Assembly (NCBI GenBank): GCA_965228735.1
Contig: OZ245838.1
Span: 5,152,001-5,216,000, forward strand
DNA: 64,000 nucleotides
Reading direction: 5' to 3'
Origin: Planctomycetota bacterium
GTDB taxonomy: Bacteria; Planctomycetota; UBA1135; UBA2386
Below the pieces are notes generated by a model. That model worked only from the letters and a program-made list of their open reading frames with translations, did no database searches and was not told the origin of the DNA. A program made the translations under genes and the position numbers. This document shows positions 1-13,285 of this stretch, one piece after another. Numbering within the stretch: position 1 is the first letter of the stretch; the number at the start of each line of letters is the position of its first letter.

Positions 1-229
1 GCCGGCGCACGTGAAGCGGGCGGGCGATTGGACGCTGCCCGCCGCGAGCCCGGCGCCCGAGGACCCGACGCTCACGCTCTACGAAGGCGAGATCGAGTTT
101 CGCTGCGAGCTCGTCGGCCTCGTGCCGCTCGGCGGCAAGATCACGTGCAACCTGAGCTACCAGGTCTGCGACGAACAGATGTGCCTGCCGCCGGCGATGG
201 AGTCGTTCGAGGCCGTGCGGGTTCGGTAG
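1..229 (+). CDS. 3' end of a protein with a DsbD N-terminal-like (protein-disulfide reductase) domain; partial
   Basis: LYEGEIEF...LSYQVCDEQMCLPP matches the YQxC-x4-CxPP motif of DsbD-N-like domains. The frame appears to enter from the window edge. Confidence 0.65.
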   Translation, partial: PAHVKRAGDWTLPAASPAPEDPTLTLYEGEIEFRCELVGLVPLGGKITCNLSYQVCDEQMCLPPAMESFEAVRVR

Positions 230-391
230 TCGGAAGGGCGACGGCAGCGCCGTCGGTGTGCCAGCGCTCACGGCCCGGCGGGAATCGTCGAGGATTCTCG
301 CGATTCGTGACACGCGAGCGCCCAGTGGCGGCAATGCGAGTGCCGGGCCGGCCTGTCCCCGTCGGCGCGGACCCCATGGAACCGCTTCGCC

Positions 392-2614
392 ATGACCCCG
401 ACACCGCTCTCCGTGCTCGCGCGCCGCGCGTTCGTTCCGCTCGTTCTGTCGACCGTGGTTGCAGCAACGCCGGCGCAGGACTGGCTCAAGGCTCCGGTCA
501 TGCTCGACGGCTCGCCCGGGTCGCTGCGGGTGGCCGGGGATATCGACGGCGACGGCGACATCGATGCGGTGCGCGTGTCCGGCGCGTCCCTCACGGTCGT
601 GACGAATGACGGCAGCTGCCGATTCACCGAGGGCGCGACGTATTCGCTGCCGAGCACGGTCCAGGACATCGAGCTCGCGGACATCGACGGCGACGGCATT
701 GCGGACCTGGTGGTCGGGGTCAGTGGCGTCGGCACGGGCCTGGTCGTGCTGCACGGCGCGGGCGGCGCGACGTTCTCGCCGCCGACCATCGTGCCCGTGT
801 CGGGGGCGGTCGTCGGGCTCGCGATCGGCGACGCCAACGGCGATTCCCTGCCGGACGTCGCGCTGGCCTATCTCGATCCGCCTTCGCTGCAATACCGCCT
901 GCTTTGGATGCACGGTGAGCCGACGCGCTCCTATGCGCTCGGGCAGTGGGTCAGCGCGGCGTTCGTGAACGCGATCACCACGCTCGATCACGACGGGGAC
1001 GGCGACGACGACATCGTGTTCGTCGACGACCTGATCGGCGGCGACGTCGTCATGGCAGAAACAGTGGCGGGGCAGACGAGCGCGCCCTTCGTGACCATGT
1101 CGAGTTCCAACGCCTACGGGATCGCGCTGCTGCCCTGCGACATCGACGGCGATGGCGACGAGGACCTCGTCTTCGGCAACCTGATCGCGAACGTGACGTT
1201 GACGCTCGGTTCGCTGCGCAATCTCGGCGGCGGGGCGTGGGCCGCGGGCCCGACGCAGACGCTGTCGGGGACGGCGTTCTCGAGCCTGTTCGCGGGCGAC
1301 TGGGACGGCGACGGCGATCAGGATCTGTGCCTGCGCCAGGGCCATTCGTCCGGATTCCCGGGTCGACACTACACCTCGCTGTTCAGCAACGACGGCACGG
1401 GCGTGTTCTCGCGCAGCTGGGACCACGTGATCTTCGGGCAGGCCGACTACGTCGGCGGCGTCGGCATCTTCGACCTCAACGGCGACGGCCACGCCGACTT
1501 CCTCGACGACATCGCGGCGTTCTGCGGCGACGGCACGCTCGAGGATCCGCTGCCTCGCCGTTCGGGGGCGCGGCGACCGATCGACTGGGACGGCGACGGC
1601 GACCTCGATGCGCCCGGTTTCCTCGGCTCGGTTTGGATCAACGACGGCACGGGCGCGCTCACCGAGACGACCTGGAACGTGCCGGATGTGGCCCCCCAGC
1701 GCTATCTCGGCGAGATCGGCTACGCCGACCTGGACGGCAACGGTCTGATGGACACCATCGCACCGCTGTTCGATCCGCCGCCGCTGTTCGGGCCGTTCGT
1801 CTTCCGCGAGATGCGGCGGCTCGAGGACGACGGTGATGGCGGATTCGTCGATCTGGGGCCCGCAGCGGCGCCGGGGCTGCAGATCACGGGGCCGGTGCTC
1901 GCCGACGATGTCGACGGCGACGGCGACGTCGATCTCGTCAACGACGAGGGTCTCTGGCTCGCGTCGGCAGGGGTGACGTTCGCGTTCGGCGGCCAGCCGT
2001 TCGCCGGCTGGGTGCCGGTCGCGATGGCCGATGTCGACGGTGACGGCGACCGGGACTTCCTCGCGCGACCGACCGGCGGCCACGGCGCCGCGATCCTGCG
2101 CCGCATCGGTCCGGCGTCCTACGCGGTCGAGGTGCTCGCACCGGCGAAGGACGGTGATGACGACGGAGTCGAGGTCGGACTCGAGAGCCGCGCGTTCGAC
2201 GGCTTCGCGGCCGGTTGGCGGCGGCAGTACGGCACCGGGGGGGCGGGTGCTGGTGGGCGACGGCCGGTGCTCGGCGCGGTCGGTCCGATTCGACCCGGCC
2301 TCGTTCCGGAACTGCGGCTCGCGCAGGCGGTCGGCGGCGCGTTCGCGATCCTCGCGGTCGCCGGTGCGGAGTCGAACCTGCAGAGCACGCTGGTGCCCGG
2401 GCTGACGCTCTACGCGTACCCCGAGCTGTTCTCGATCGGCTACGTGCTGCCGGGGCCGCTCGGGCGGCCCGGCGCGGGCGAACTCGACATCGCGTTGGCG
2501 ATCCCGCCCGGCCTGGGCGGTGTGCGGCTCTACTTCCAGGTGCTCGTGTTCGATCCGGCTGCCGGCTCGCAGCTCGCGCACAGCAACGGCTTGGAGCTCG
2601 TCGTCGGGCAGTAA
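392..2614 (+). CDS. Secreted FG-GAP/VCBS repeat protein (740 aa)
   Basis: Signal peptide and many DxDGDGDxD repeats. The C-terminal domain ends LYFQ...DP...SNGLELVVG. Confidence 0.85.
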   Translation: MTPTPLSVLARRAFVPLVLSTVVAATPAQDWLKAPVMLDGSPGSLRVAGDIDGDGDIDAVRVSGASLTVVTNDGSCRFTEGATYSLPSTVQDIELADIDGDGIADLVVGVSGVGTGLVVLHGAGGATFSPPTIVPVSGAVVGLAIGDANGDSLPDVALAYLDPPSLQYRLLWMHGEPTRSYALGQWVSAAFVNAITTLDHDGDGDDDIVFVDDLIGGDVVMAETVAGQTSAPFVTMSSSNAYGIALLPCDIDGDGDEDLVFGNLIANVTLTLGSLRNLGGGAWAAGPTQTLSGTAFSSLFAGDWDGDGDQDLCLRQGHSSGFPGRHYTSLFSNDGTGVFSRSWDHVIFGQADYVGGVGIFDLNGDGHADFLDDIAAFCGDGTLEDPLPRRSGARRPIDWDGDGDLDAPGFLGSVWINDGTGALTETTWNVPDVAPQRYLGEIGYADLDGNGLMDTIAPLFDPPPLFGPFVFREMRRLEDDGDGGFVDLGPAAAPGLQITGPVLADDVDGDGDVDLVNDEGLWLASAGVTFAFGGQPFAGWVPVAMADVDGDGDRDFLARPTGGHGAAILRRIGPASYAVEVLAPAKDGDDDGVEVGLESRAFDGFAAGWRRQYGTGGAGAGGRRPVLGAVGPIRPGLVPELRLAQAVGGAFAILAVAGAESNLQSTLVPGLTLYAYPELFSIGYVLPGPLGRPGAGELDIALAIPPGLGGVRLYFQVLVFDPAAGSQLAHSNGLELVVGQ

Positions 2615-2965
2615 CCGCTCGGGAGGCGACCGCGACGGGTGACCTCGCCGGGCTCGTCGTCGGCTGCCGGCGTCGCGAATGCTCCTGGATTCGCGGATGC
2701 GTTCTGGCCCGACCCGATGGCCCATGTCTTCGCTGCCATCGGGACGCAGCAGAGCGGCGTGCATCCGGCCGTGACGGGGCAGCAGAACGGCAATCCGGCG
2801 ATCGGTCTCGTCGGCCGCTGACGCCGCTGGATCGGCAATTGTCGCAGGAATGTGCCACTCGCAGCGGTGGCGCCCCGAAGCGATTGCGAACGGGCCCGGG
2901 CCGCTAGACTGCGGGGCCCGCTCGGCCGCCCGGCCGAGGTTCGACCCTCCCAAGAGCAATTGCCC

Positions 2966-5900
2966 ATGTCCCGTTCGCTGACCGCCTTGTCGGCGGTGTT
3001 GTCCGTCACGTTCGCCCTTTCCGCCACCGCCCAGCAACTGCCGGAGAGCTGGGCCGACCAACTCGACTGGCGCAGCATCGGCCCGTCGACGATGGGTGGC
3101 CGCATCATCGCGCTCGCCGTCTACGAAGCCGAGCCGTCCACCTGGTGGGCCGCGACGGCCTCGGGCGGGCTGCTCAAGACGACCAACAACGGCACGACGT
3201 TCGAGCATCAATTCGATCGCGAGGCCGTCGTGTCGATCGGCCACGTCGCCGTCGCGCAGTCCGACAAGAACGTCGTCTGGGTCGGCACGGGTGAAGGCAA
3301 CCCGCGCAACTCGGTCTCCTACGGCAACGGCGTCTACAAGTCGACCGACTCCGGCAAGACGTGGTCGCACATGGGGCTCGACGAGTCGTTCCAGATCGGT
3401 CGCATCGCGATCCATCCGGAGAACCCCGATGTCGTCTACGTCGGCGCACTCGGCCGCCTCTACGGCCCGAACGAGCAGCGCGGTCTCTACAAGACGACGG
3501 ACGGCGGCAAGAGCTGGACGCGGATGCTCTTCGTCGACGACAAGACCGGCGTGATCGACATCGACATGCATCCGGAGGACCCGGACACGCTGCTCGTCGC
3601 GACCTACGAGCGCGAGCGCGACGGCTTCGACACCAACGACCCGGCGAAGAAGTACGGCCCGGGCAGCGGCATGTGGAAGACGACGGACGGCGGCGCGACG
3701 TGGAAGAAGCTGACCGACGGTCTGCCGACCTGTGACTTCGGCCGCGTCGGCATCGACTACTACCGCAAGGACCCGAACGTCGTCATGGCGATCGTCGAGA
3801 GCGAGATGATCGCGAAGCAGCCCGAGGACGCGCCGTATCACGGTGCGGCCGTCGAGTCGGCCGATGCCGGCGTGCGCATCACGCGCGTCGAGCCGCAGCG
3901 GCGTCGCGGCGGCAGCCGCGGTGACCGCGGCGGCCGCGGGCGCGGTGGCGACGAAGAGGGCAGCAGCGAGGAGAAGAAGCCCGAGCCCACGCCCGCGAAG
4001 AAGGCCGGCCTGAAGCAGGGCGACATCGTCCTCGCCATCGGCGGTGAGCGCGTGAACACGCAGAGCGAGTTCGAGCGCGAGTGCCGCCAGCACAAGGCCG
4101 GCGACTCGGTGAAGTTCACGGTCGTGCGCGACCGCAAGGACCACGAGATCGTCGTCAAGTTCGGCAAGTACCCGGAGGGCACGCGGTCGCCGTTCACGGG
4201 CACGCTCGGCGGTCAGGCGGCCGACATGCAGGACCTGCAGGGCAAGAACGGCCACGAGTACGGCGGCATCTACAAGTCGACCGACGGCGGCGAGACGTGG
4301 AAGCGCATCAACACGCTCAACCCGCGGCCGATGTACTACAGCCAGATCCGCATCGACCCGAGCAACAGCGACAACGTCATGGTGCTCGGCACGTCACTCT
4401 ACCGTTCGACGGACGGCGGCAAGTCGTTCGACCGCGGTGCCGGTCGCGGCATGCACGTCGATCACCACGCGGAGTGGATCGACCCGAACAACGGTGATCA
4501 CATCATCCACGGCTGCGACGGCGGCGTGTACGTCACCTACGATGCGGGCAAGAACTGGGATCATCTCAACCACGTCGCGATCGGGCAGTTCTACCACGTC
4601 GGCGTGAGCAGCGACCGCAACTACCGCGTCTACGGTGGTCTGCAGGACAACGGCAGCTGGGGCGGCCCGAGCCGCACCGCGGGCACCGGCGCGCGCAACC
4701 ACGACTGGGTGCGGGTCGGCGGTGGTGACGGGTTCCGCTGCCTCGTCGATCCGGACGACAAGAACGTCGTCTACAGCCAGAGCCAGAACGGTCCGCCCGG
4801 CTGGCGCAACCTCGAGACGAGCGCGCGCGGCAGCCTGCGTTCGCGCGGTCGCGGCGGCAACCGGGAGCGCATCCGCTTCAACTGGGAGACGCCGTACATC
4901 CTGTCCGACCACAACAGCAAGATCGTCTACACGGCCGGCAACAAGGTCATGAAGTCGCTCAACCGCGGCGCGAACATGCAGGTGATCTCGCCGGACATCA
5001 CCAACACGGACCGGGGTTCGGCGACGGCGCTGGCCGAGTCGCCGCGCGACGCCGGCATCGTCTACGTCGGCACCGACGACGGGGCGCTGTGGGTGACCCA
5101 CGACGGCGGCGATGAGTGGATCGACTGTTTCGCCACGGGCGCGGGCGATCCGACCGAGGAAGCCGCGGCCGAGTCGTCGACCGAGGGTGGCCCCGCGGCC
5201 GCCGAGGACACGGCGTTCTCCGCCCAGCCGATCAACGAGCTCGTGCCCGGCCCGCGTTGGGTGAGCGAGATCGTCGCGAGCCGCTTCGACAGCAAGCGCG
5301 CCTACGTGACCCTCGACGGCCACCGCAGCGATGACGACGCGGCCTACGTGTTCCGCACCGACGACGGCGGCCTCAACTGGGAGTCGCTGACGGCGTCGCT
5401 GCCGGAGTTCGCGGGTTCGACGCGCACGATCTGCGAGGACCCGGTGAACGAGGACGTGCTCTACCTCGGCACCGAGTTCTCCGCGTTCGTGTCGCTCGAC
5501 CGCGGCAAGAACTGGACGCGGATGAACGGCGACCTGCCGACGGTTTCGGTGCACGCGTTCGCCGTCAACGTGCCGTCCGGCGAGATGGTCGCGGGCACGC
5601 ACGGTCGCAGCCTGTGGATCACGAGCGTCAACGAGATCCGCCAGATGACGAAGGAGGTGCTCGAGAAGGACATGCACTTCTACGAGCCCGTGTCGGCGAT
5701 CATCTGGAAGTCGGACCTGTCGACGGGCGGCACCAACCGGCGTTTCGTCGGTGAGAACCCGGGCAGCGGCGCGCGGCTCGTCTACCACCTCAAGAAGAAG
5801 GCGCGTTCGGCCAAGATCGAGGTGCTCGACAGCAGCGGCAAGGCGGTGCGCACGATGGAGTGTCCGACCGACGCCGGCCTGCACGCGGTGAGCTGGAACC

Positions 5901-6175
5901 TGCGCGGCCCGGCGCAGATCCCGGACGGCGCGAGCGAGCGGGCGCGGGAGTGGTACATGCGTCGTGGCGGCCCGCGGGTCGGCCCCGGCACCTACACGCT
6001 GCGCCTCGCGGTCGACGGCGAGACCATGACCCGCGAGCTCGAGGTCGAGATCGACCCCGACAACCCGGATCCGGTCTGGCTGAGCAACGAGCAGGCCAAT
6101 GAAGCCTTTCAGGCCGAGAACGGTACTCTCGATGGCGATGGCGAGGGCGACGAAGAGACTGACGGCGACCGCTGA
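2966..6175 (+). CDS. VPS10/sortilin-like BNR-repeat glycosyl hydrolase with inserted PDZ domain
   Basis: Signal peptide from ATG 2966, WRSIGP..GGRI start, repeated S/TxDGGxT/SW Asp-boxes, GGLQDNGSW. PDZ-like insert PAKKAGLKQGDIVLAIGG. C-terminal FlgD-like VSWNLR...GTYTLRL. Confidence 0.85.
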   Translation: MSRSLTALSAVLSVTFALSATAQQLPESWADQLDWRSIGPSTMGGRIIALAVYEAEPSTWWAATASGGLLKTTNNGTTFEHQFDREAVVSIGHVAVAQSDKNVVWVGTGEGNPRNSVSYGNGVYKSTDSGKTWSHMGLDESFQIGRIAIHPENPDVVYVGALGRLYGPNEQRGLYKTTDGGKSWTRMLFVDDKTGVIDIDMHPEDPDTLLVATYERERDGFDTNDPAKKYGPGSGMWKTTDGGATWKKLTDGLPTCDFGRVGIDYYRKDPNVVMAIVESEMIAKQPEDAPYHGAAVESADAGVRITRVEPQRRRGGSRGDRGGRGRGGDEEGSSEEKKPEPTPAKKAGLKQGDIVLAIGGERVNTQSEFERECRQHKAGDSVKFTVVRDRKDHEIVVKFGKYPEGTRSPFTGTLGGQAADMQDLQGKNGHEYGGIYKSTDGGETWKRINTLNPRPMYYSQIRIDPSNSDNVMVLGTSLYRSTDGGKSFDRGAGRGMHVDHHAEWIDPNNGDHIIHGCDGGVYVTYDAGKNWDHLNHVAIGQFYHVGVSSDRNYRVYGGLQDNGSWGGPSRTAGTGARNHDWVRVGGGDGFRCLVDPDDKNVVYSQSQNGPPGWRNLETSARGSLRSRGRGGNRERIRFNWETPYILSDHNSKIVYTAGNKVMKSLNRGANMQVISPDITNTDRGSATALAESPRDAGIVYVGTDDGALWVTHDGGDEWIDCFATGAGDPTEEAAAESSTEGGPAAAEDTAFSAQPINELVPGPRWVSEIVASRFDSKRAYVTLDGHRSDDDAAYVFRTDDGGLNWESLTASLPEFAGSTRTICEDPVNEDVLYLGTEFSAFVSLDRGKNWTRMNGDLPTVSVHAFAVNVPSGEMVAGTHGRSLWITSVNEIRQMTKEVLEKDMHFYEPVSAIIWKSDLSTGGTNRRFVGENPGSGARLVYHLKKKARSAKIEVLDSSGKAVRTMECPTDAGLHAVSWNLRGPAQIPDGASERAREWYMRRGGPRVGPGTYTLRLAVDGETMTRELEVEIDPDNPDPVWLSNEQANEAFQAENGTLDGDGEGDEETDGDR

Positions 6176-6245
6176 TCGGCGGTCGCCGCCGCGGGCCGGC
6201 GAATTGGCGCCAACGGATCCGGCGTATGCTGCGTAGATTCGCAGC

Positions 6246-8320
<2,075 letters not shown>

Positions 8321-8324
<4 letters not shown>

Positions 8325-10582
8325 CCGTCCGACTGCGCCACGCCGCCGACGTAGAGCGGCGCCGCCGTGATCGTCGGGCGTTCGCCGATCGCCGGGTCTT
8401 CCCACGGCGTCGAGGTCGGGGCGCTGATCGGATCGTCGAGGTTGAAGCCCTGCGCGGTGTAGACCGTCGACGGGCTGCCCACCGAGTTCATGATCTGCTC
8501 GCCCTCGAGCTGCTTCACGAGGTAGGTGGACTGACCGGACGTCAGCTGCGTGCCCGACGGGATGTTGAAGCCCGGATACCACCGGCTGTCGCTCGTGTTC
8601 TCGGTGTAGGGGATGCCGCCGAGATGGGCGCCGTCCCATTCGAGCACGAACGACCGGTTGTGGAACGCCGACGTCGCTTCGTCGTGCGTGTAGTTGAACG
8701 TCGTGGGCGGATCGAAGCTCACGATCGTGTCGTTACTGTCCTTGAGCGTTCGCAGCTGGTTCCACGCGTTGGTGCCGATCGTCCAGTCATACGTCGTGTC
8801 CTGGTTGCCGGCTTCGCCGAGCGAGGTCAGGGCGGTCGGGAACAGCGGGCCGCAGTTGAGGCCGAACATGCCCGGGCCCTGCGTGACCGTCACACCGTTC
8901 TGGAAGTTCACGTCGTTGCCGCCGAGCGTCAGCATCAGCGTCGTCTTGTTGAACACGTAGGTCTGGTTGCCGGACGACACGCTCGTCGCGTCGGGCAGAT
9001 ACGGCGTCTCGGCGCTCGCGAAGTTGGCCTGGTTGCTCGTGATGTCGGCCTTGAGCATGTGGAAGTAGCCGTTGAGCGTGAGATCGCCGCCCGCGAGCTC
9101 GGGCGAGTTCGACGTCACGGTCGTCGACTTCCACACGCCTGCCGGGGTCGTGTTGCCGATCGTCGCCGGCCAGACGAACTCGACGTTGCCGCGGGCGTTG
9201 TTCCACATGTTGACCCACTGGCCCTGCGTGTAGGAGCTCTCGATGTTCACGGGCGAGCTTTCGGCCGTCCAGCTGCCGCCCGAACGCGTGGCCGTGCGCA
9301 CGAACTGCTGGCCCGTCCACGCGACGCGGATCTCGGTGCCGGCGTTGGGGTCGAACAGCTCGAACTGCTCGTCGATGATGTCACCGAGAGTGAGCGCGGT
9401 GCGCGTGCGCTTCTCGAGCCTGCCGGGGACGACGACGACGGTGTACGGCGTCGTGGTGTTGTTGCTGAAGCTGCGGCGCAGGACCGGCATGCCATCGGAC
9501 ACGGTGATGCCCTCCGGGAACCAGATGCCGTGGAAGCCGGCGAAGCCGTAGTTGCCGTTCGTGTCCTCGATCGGGAAGCCCGAGAGCTGCGCCACGCGCG
9601 TCTCGGTCGTCGCGTCGTACACCCCGTAGTTGAAGACGTACGTCGTGAAGTTATTGCGGTCCTTGACGTCGAGCGCGTTGCTGTTGGTCACATCGCGCAG
9701 CGCGACGTAGTCGGCGTTGAACTGCATCTGGTACTCGCCCTGATCGGTGAACGAGCCCACGTTCGGTACGCCGTTCGCGACGTACTTGTACTCCGAGTAA
9801 GCCCGACCGGTGTCGGCCGACGGATCGCCGATCACGTGCACGCGTTCGCGCGTGTGGAACTCGCCGCTCGGCACGGTGCCGTCCACGTCGCCGTTCCACA
9901 TGTAGAACTCGAGCTCGGTCTGGCTGTCCGTGCGCGGGACGGTGCGCAGGTAGCCCTGGAACATCGTGTCGGTGCTCGTCGACGGCAGCGTCGTCCGGAT
10001 CGACTTGAAGTTGAGCGTGAAGTCGCCGAGCGGCTGGCTGTCGGTCGGCTCCGTGCGGACGGTGAGCAGGCCGTAGATGTAGGCCTCGACGTTCTGGCCC
10101 ATCGCCTCCTTCTGGTGCACCCAGAACTTGACGACCTGCGGCGCGGAGTTGTTGGCGCGGGTCGACTCGACGACCCACTCCTCGTACTCGGTGCCCTCGT
10201 TGCCGCGTTCGCCGCCGCCGCTGCCGCGTTCCTTGTTCTCGACGAGCGCGCGATAAGCGCCGGCGTTGGTCTGATCCGCGTACTTCGTCTGGCTCAGCGA
10301 GTTGAGGATCATGTTGACCGTGTCGAGCGTCTCCATGGAGTCGTCACGGACCCACATGCGCGTCGGGTCGGTCTCGTAGTCGCTGCCGGCGATGGCGCGC
10401 ACGCCCTTCGGCAGCTTGAGCGTCGTGGTGCCGGTGTTGTCGGAGTCGACGATCGCGACCTGTTGTGGGCCGCTGAGGCCGCTCACCGAGCCGGAAGAAC
10501 CGCCGCCGCCACAGGCAGCGAGCGTCAGCGCGGTGGTGGTGAGAAGAAGAGAGCTACGAGCGGTGGAGTGTCTTTCTGCCAT
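8321..10582 (-). CDS. Large hypothetical lipoprotein
   Basis: Start MAERHST with lipobox LAAC-GGGGSSG. Long T/S/N-rich ORF with host-like codon usage. Confidence 0.75.
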
Positions 10583-10721
10583 GGCATGGTCCTCACGGTT
10601 CCTGGGAACGCTGCCGGCATCGGCTCGACACGCCGATTTCTGTACAGGGGATTTCCCTGGATCGGCAAAAAACGTGAGCCGCGCGCATGCGGCTCGCCCT
10701 GACTCCACTTACCGCCGCGGG

Positions 10722-11867
10722 TTACGAGTGCGCGGTCGCTTCGAGCTCTTCGTAGACCGTCGAGCGCTGCACCGGAGCGAAGCCGGCCTCGCGGATCAGG
10801 TGGCCGATCTGGTCCACGTGCAGGACCTCGGGTTCGGTCGTGCCCGCATCGTGCGTGATCTTCTCCTCGGTCACCGTGCCGTCGATGTCGTTCGCCCCGA
10901 AGCTCAGCGCGGTCTGGGCCGACTCCTGGGTCAGCATGATCCAGTACGCCTTGATGTGGGGGAAGTTGTCGAGCATCAGGCGCCCGACCGCGATCGAGCG
11001 CTGATCGAGGTGACCGGTCGTGACGTGGCCGTAGTTGGCGAGGTCCGTGTGGTAGGGCCAGAACGCGAGCGGGATGTAGGCCATGAAGTTGCCGCACTCG
11101 TCTTGCAGCTCGCGCAGCCGGATCAGGTGCGTGACGCGCTCCTCGACCTTCTCGATGTGGCCGTAGAGCATCGTCGCGTTCATCTTGAAGCCGGCCTTCT
11201 GCACCTTGCGCGCCGTGTCGATCCAGCCGTCGGGGCTCTGCTTCTCGCGGAACACGGCGCGGTGCACGCGGTCGGTGAGCACCTCCGCGCCGCCGCCGGG
11301 ACAGCTGCCGAGACCGGCCTCGCGCAGATCGGCGAACACCTCGTCCTCGCTCTTCCCCGAGATCTTCAGCATGTGGTCGATCTCGACCATCGTGAACGCC
11401 TTGACGTGGATGTCCGGACGCGCGCGCTTCGCCGCCCGCACGACGTCGAGGTAGTACTCGTAGGGCATCGTCGGGTGGATGCCCGCGACCATGTGCACCT
11501 CGGTGACCGGCCGGTGCAGCTGCTCCTTGACCTTCTGCTCGACGATCTCGGGCGTCATGAGGTAGCCGCGCTCCTCGCCCTCCTTGGCCGCGAACGCGCA
11601 GAACTTGCACGAGTACACGCAGATGTTGGTGTAGTTGACGTGCTGGTTGATGTTGAAGTAGGTCTTGTTGCCGTGGCGTTCGCGACGCACGCGGTGCGCC
11701 ATGAGCCCGAGCGCAGCGAGGTGCGGGGTCTGGTAGAGACGCACGCCATCCTCGAACGACAGCCGCTCGCCGGCGCGGACCTTGCTGTCGATGTCGCCGA
11801 GGCCGGCCTGGTCGATCAGCCTGGTGGCGACGGTGTCGTCGAGATGCGCGTAGGAGGCGTGCTTCAT
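10722..11867 (-). CDS. mqnE: Aminofutalosine synthase (radical SAM, CofH/MqnE family)
   Basis: NYTNICVYSCKFC (CxxxCxxC), HVKAFT..EI, PGGGAE, NATMLYGHIE, HIKAYW, DIDGTV.EEKI.H.AG. Adjacent to mqnC. Confidence 0.9.
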   Translation of the reverse strand: MKHASYAHLDDTVATRLIDQAGLGDIDSKVRAGERLSFEDGVRLYQTPHLAALGLMAHRVRRERHGNKTYFNINQHVNYTNICVYSCKFCAFAAKEGEERGYLMTPEIVEQKVKEQLHRPVTEVHMVAGIHPTMPYEYYLDVVRAAKRARPDIHVKAFTMVEIDHMLKISGKSEDEVFADLREAGLGSCPGGGAEVLTDRVHRAVFREKQSPDGWIDTARKVQKAGFKMNATMLYGHIEKVEERVTHLIRLRELQDECGNFMAYIPLAFWPYHTDLANYGHVTTGHLDQRSIAVGRLMLDNFPHIKAYWIMLTQESAQTALSFGANDIDGTVTEEKITHDAGTTEPEVLHVDQIGHLIREAGFAPVQRSTVYEELEATAHS

Positions 11868-11906
11868 GAGTTCCGCGTGTGAGGTTTCAGCGTAGTCGGG
11901 CCAGGC

Positions 11907-13112
11907 TCAGCCGTTGGCCTGAGCCTCGACCTGTGAGACGACCTTCTTCTTCTGACCCTTCGGCTTGCCGAACTTGTCGGTCTCCGGCGTGGCGACGGGC
12001 TCGTAGAGCATGTTGCGTCGCTGCGGCACGAACCCCGCGTCCTTGATGTGGCGTTCGATCTCCGGAATCGATGCCGGGTGCGTGCAGCCGGCCGAGCTCA
12101 CGACGTTCTCCTCGAGCATCGCGGAGCCGAAGTCGTCGGCGCCCATCGACAGCCCGACCTGGCACGTCTTCATGCCCTGCGTGACGAAGCTCGACTGGAT
12201 GTGCTGCACGTTCTGCAAGAAGAGCCGCGAGAGACTCAGCGTGCGCAGGTACTCGGCGACCGTCGCCTTGAGGCCCCCGCGATCGCTCAGCAGTCGGTCG
12301 CCCATCGCCGTGTTCTCCGGCTGGAACGTCCACGGGATGAACGCGGTGAACACGCCGCCCGTCTCCTGCTGCAGCTCGCGGATGCGCAGCATGTGCTCGA
12401 TGCGCTCCTCGTCGGTCTCGACGTGGCCGAACATCATCGTCGCCGTGCCGCGCCCGCCGAGCGCGCTCCACTGCCGGTAGACCTCGAGCCATTCATCGGT
12501 CGTCGCCTTCTTCGGCGCGATGATCTGCCGCACGCGTTCGACGAGGATCTCCGCGCCGCCGCCCGGGATCGAATCGAGCCCGGCCGCCTTCAGGTCCGTC
12601 AGGATCTCCTGCACCGGCCGCTTCTCGATCTTGCTCAGGTGCGTGATCTCCGGCGGGCTCATGCCGTGGATCCAGATCTGCGGGTAGCGCTTCTTCAGAT
12701 CCGTGAAGAGCTCCGCATACCACCCGGTAGTGAGCTTGGGGTGATGCCCACCCTGCAGCAGCAGCTGGATGCCGCCCTGGCTGATCAAGTCGTCGACCTT
12801 CTGATAGATGACCTCGCGCGGCAGGATGTAAGCCTCGGGGTCGCCCGGCGAACGATAGAACGCGCAGAACCCGCAGTCCGTGACGCAGACGTTGGTCGGG
12901 TTGAGGTTGCGGTCGACGATGTAGGTGACGCGCACCTTGCCGTCCTCGCCGGGCGGGTTGAGCCGCAGCCGAACCGTGTCCGCGAGCAGCCCGAGCGAGG
13001 GCTGATCGAGGCCGCGGTAGAGCAGCATGGCTTCGGTCGGCGACAGCTCGCCGCCGGCCACCGCCTTCTGAGCGGCGTCGCGAAGCTGAGCAGGGTCGAA
13101 GGCGGTCGTCAT
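11907..13112 (-). CDS. mqnC: Cyclic dehypoxanthinyl futalosine synthase (radical SAM)
   Basis: VTYIVDRNLNPTNVCVTDCGFC, LLQGGHHP, PGGGAEIL, TATMMFGH, FIPWTFQP, DDFGS.MLEENVV. Confidence 0.92.
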   Translation of the reverse strand: MTTAFDPAQLRDAAQKAVAGGELSPTEAMLLYRGLDQPSLGLLADTVRLRLNPPGEDGKVRVTYIVDRNLNPTNVCVTDCGFCAFYRSPGDPEAYILPREVIYQKVDDLISQGGIQLLLQGGHHPKLTTGWYAELFTDLKKRYPQIWIHGMSPPEITHLSKIEKRPVQEILTDLKAAGLDSIPGGGAEILVERVRQIIAPKKATTDEWLEVYRQWSALGGRGTATMMFGHVETDEERIEHMLRIRELQQETGGVFTAFIPWTFQPENTAMGDRLLSDRGGLKATVAEYLRTLSLSRLFLQNVQHIQSSFVTQGMKTCQVGLSMGADDFGSAMLEENVVSSAGCTHPASIPEIERHIKDAGFVPQRRNMLYEPVATPETDKFGKPKGQKKKVVSQVEAQANG

Positions 13113-13285
13113 CGGGCGGAATACGGTAGGATTCGGGGCCGCCGCCGGAAAGGGCGCGGTCGCGGAACGCGGGTTCGCGTGGTCGGGCCGGGCGATCGGC
13201 GGCCCGCCAAGCAGAATCAGTTTTGAGCCACCGAAATTTCCCCCGCCCAAGAGCGGGTCGAGGAACGCGCCGAGGAGTTCGCCGA

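Noticed and set aside
2639..2821. 60-aa ORF between the FG-GAP and VPS10 genes
   Set aside because: No SD or motif; may be a remnant or non-coding.
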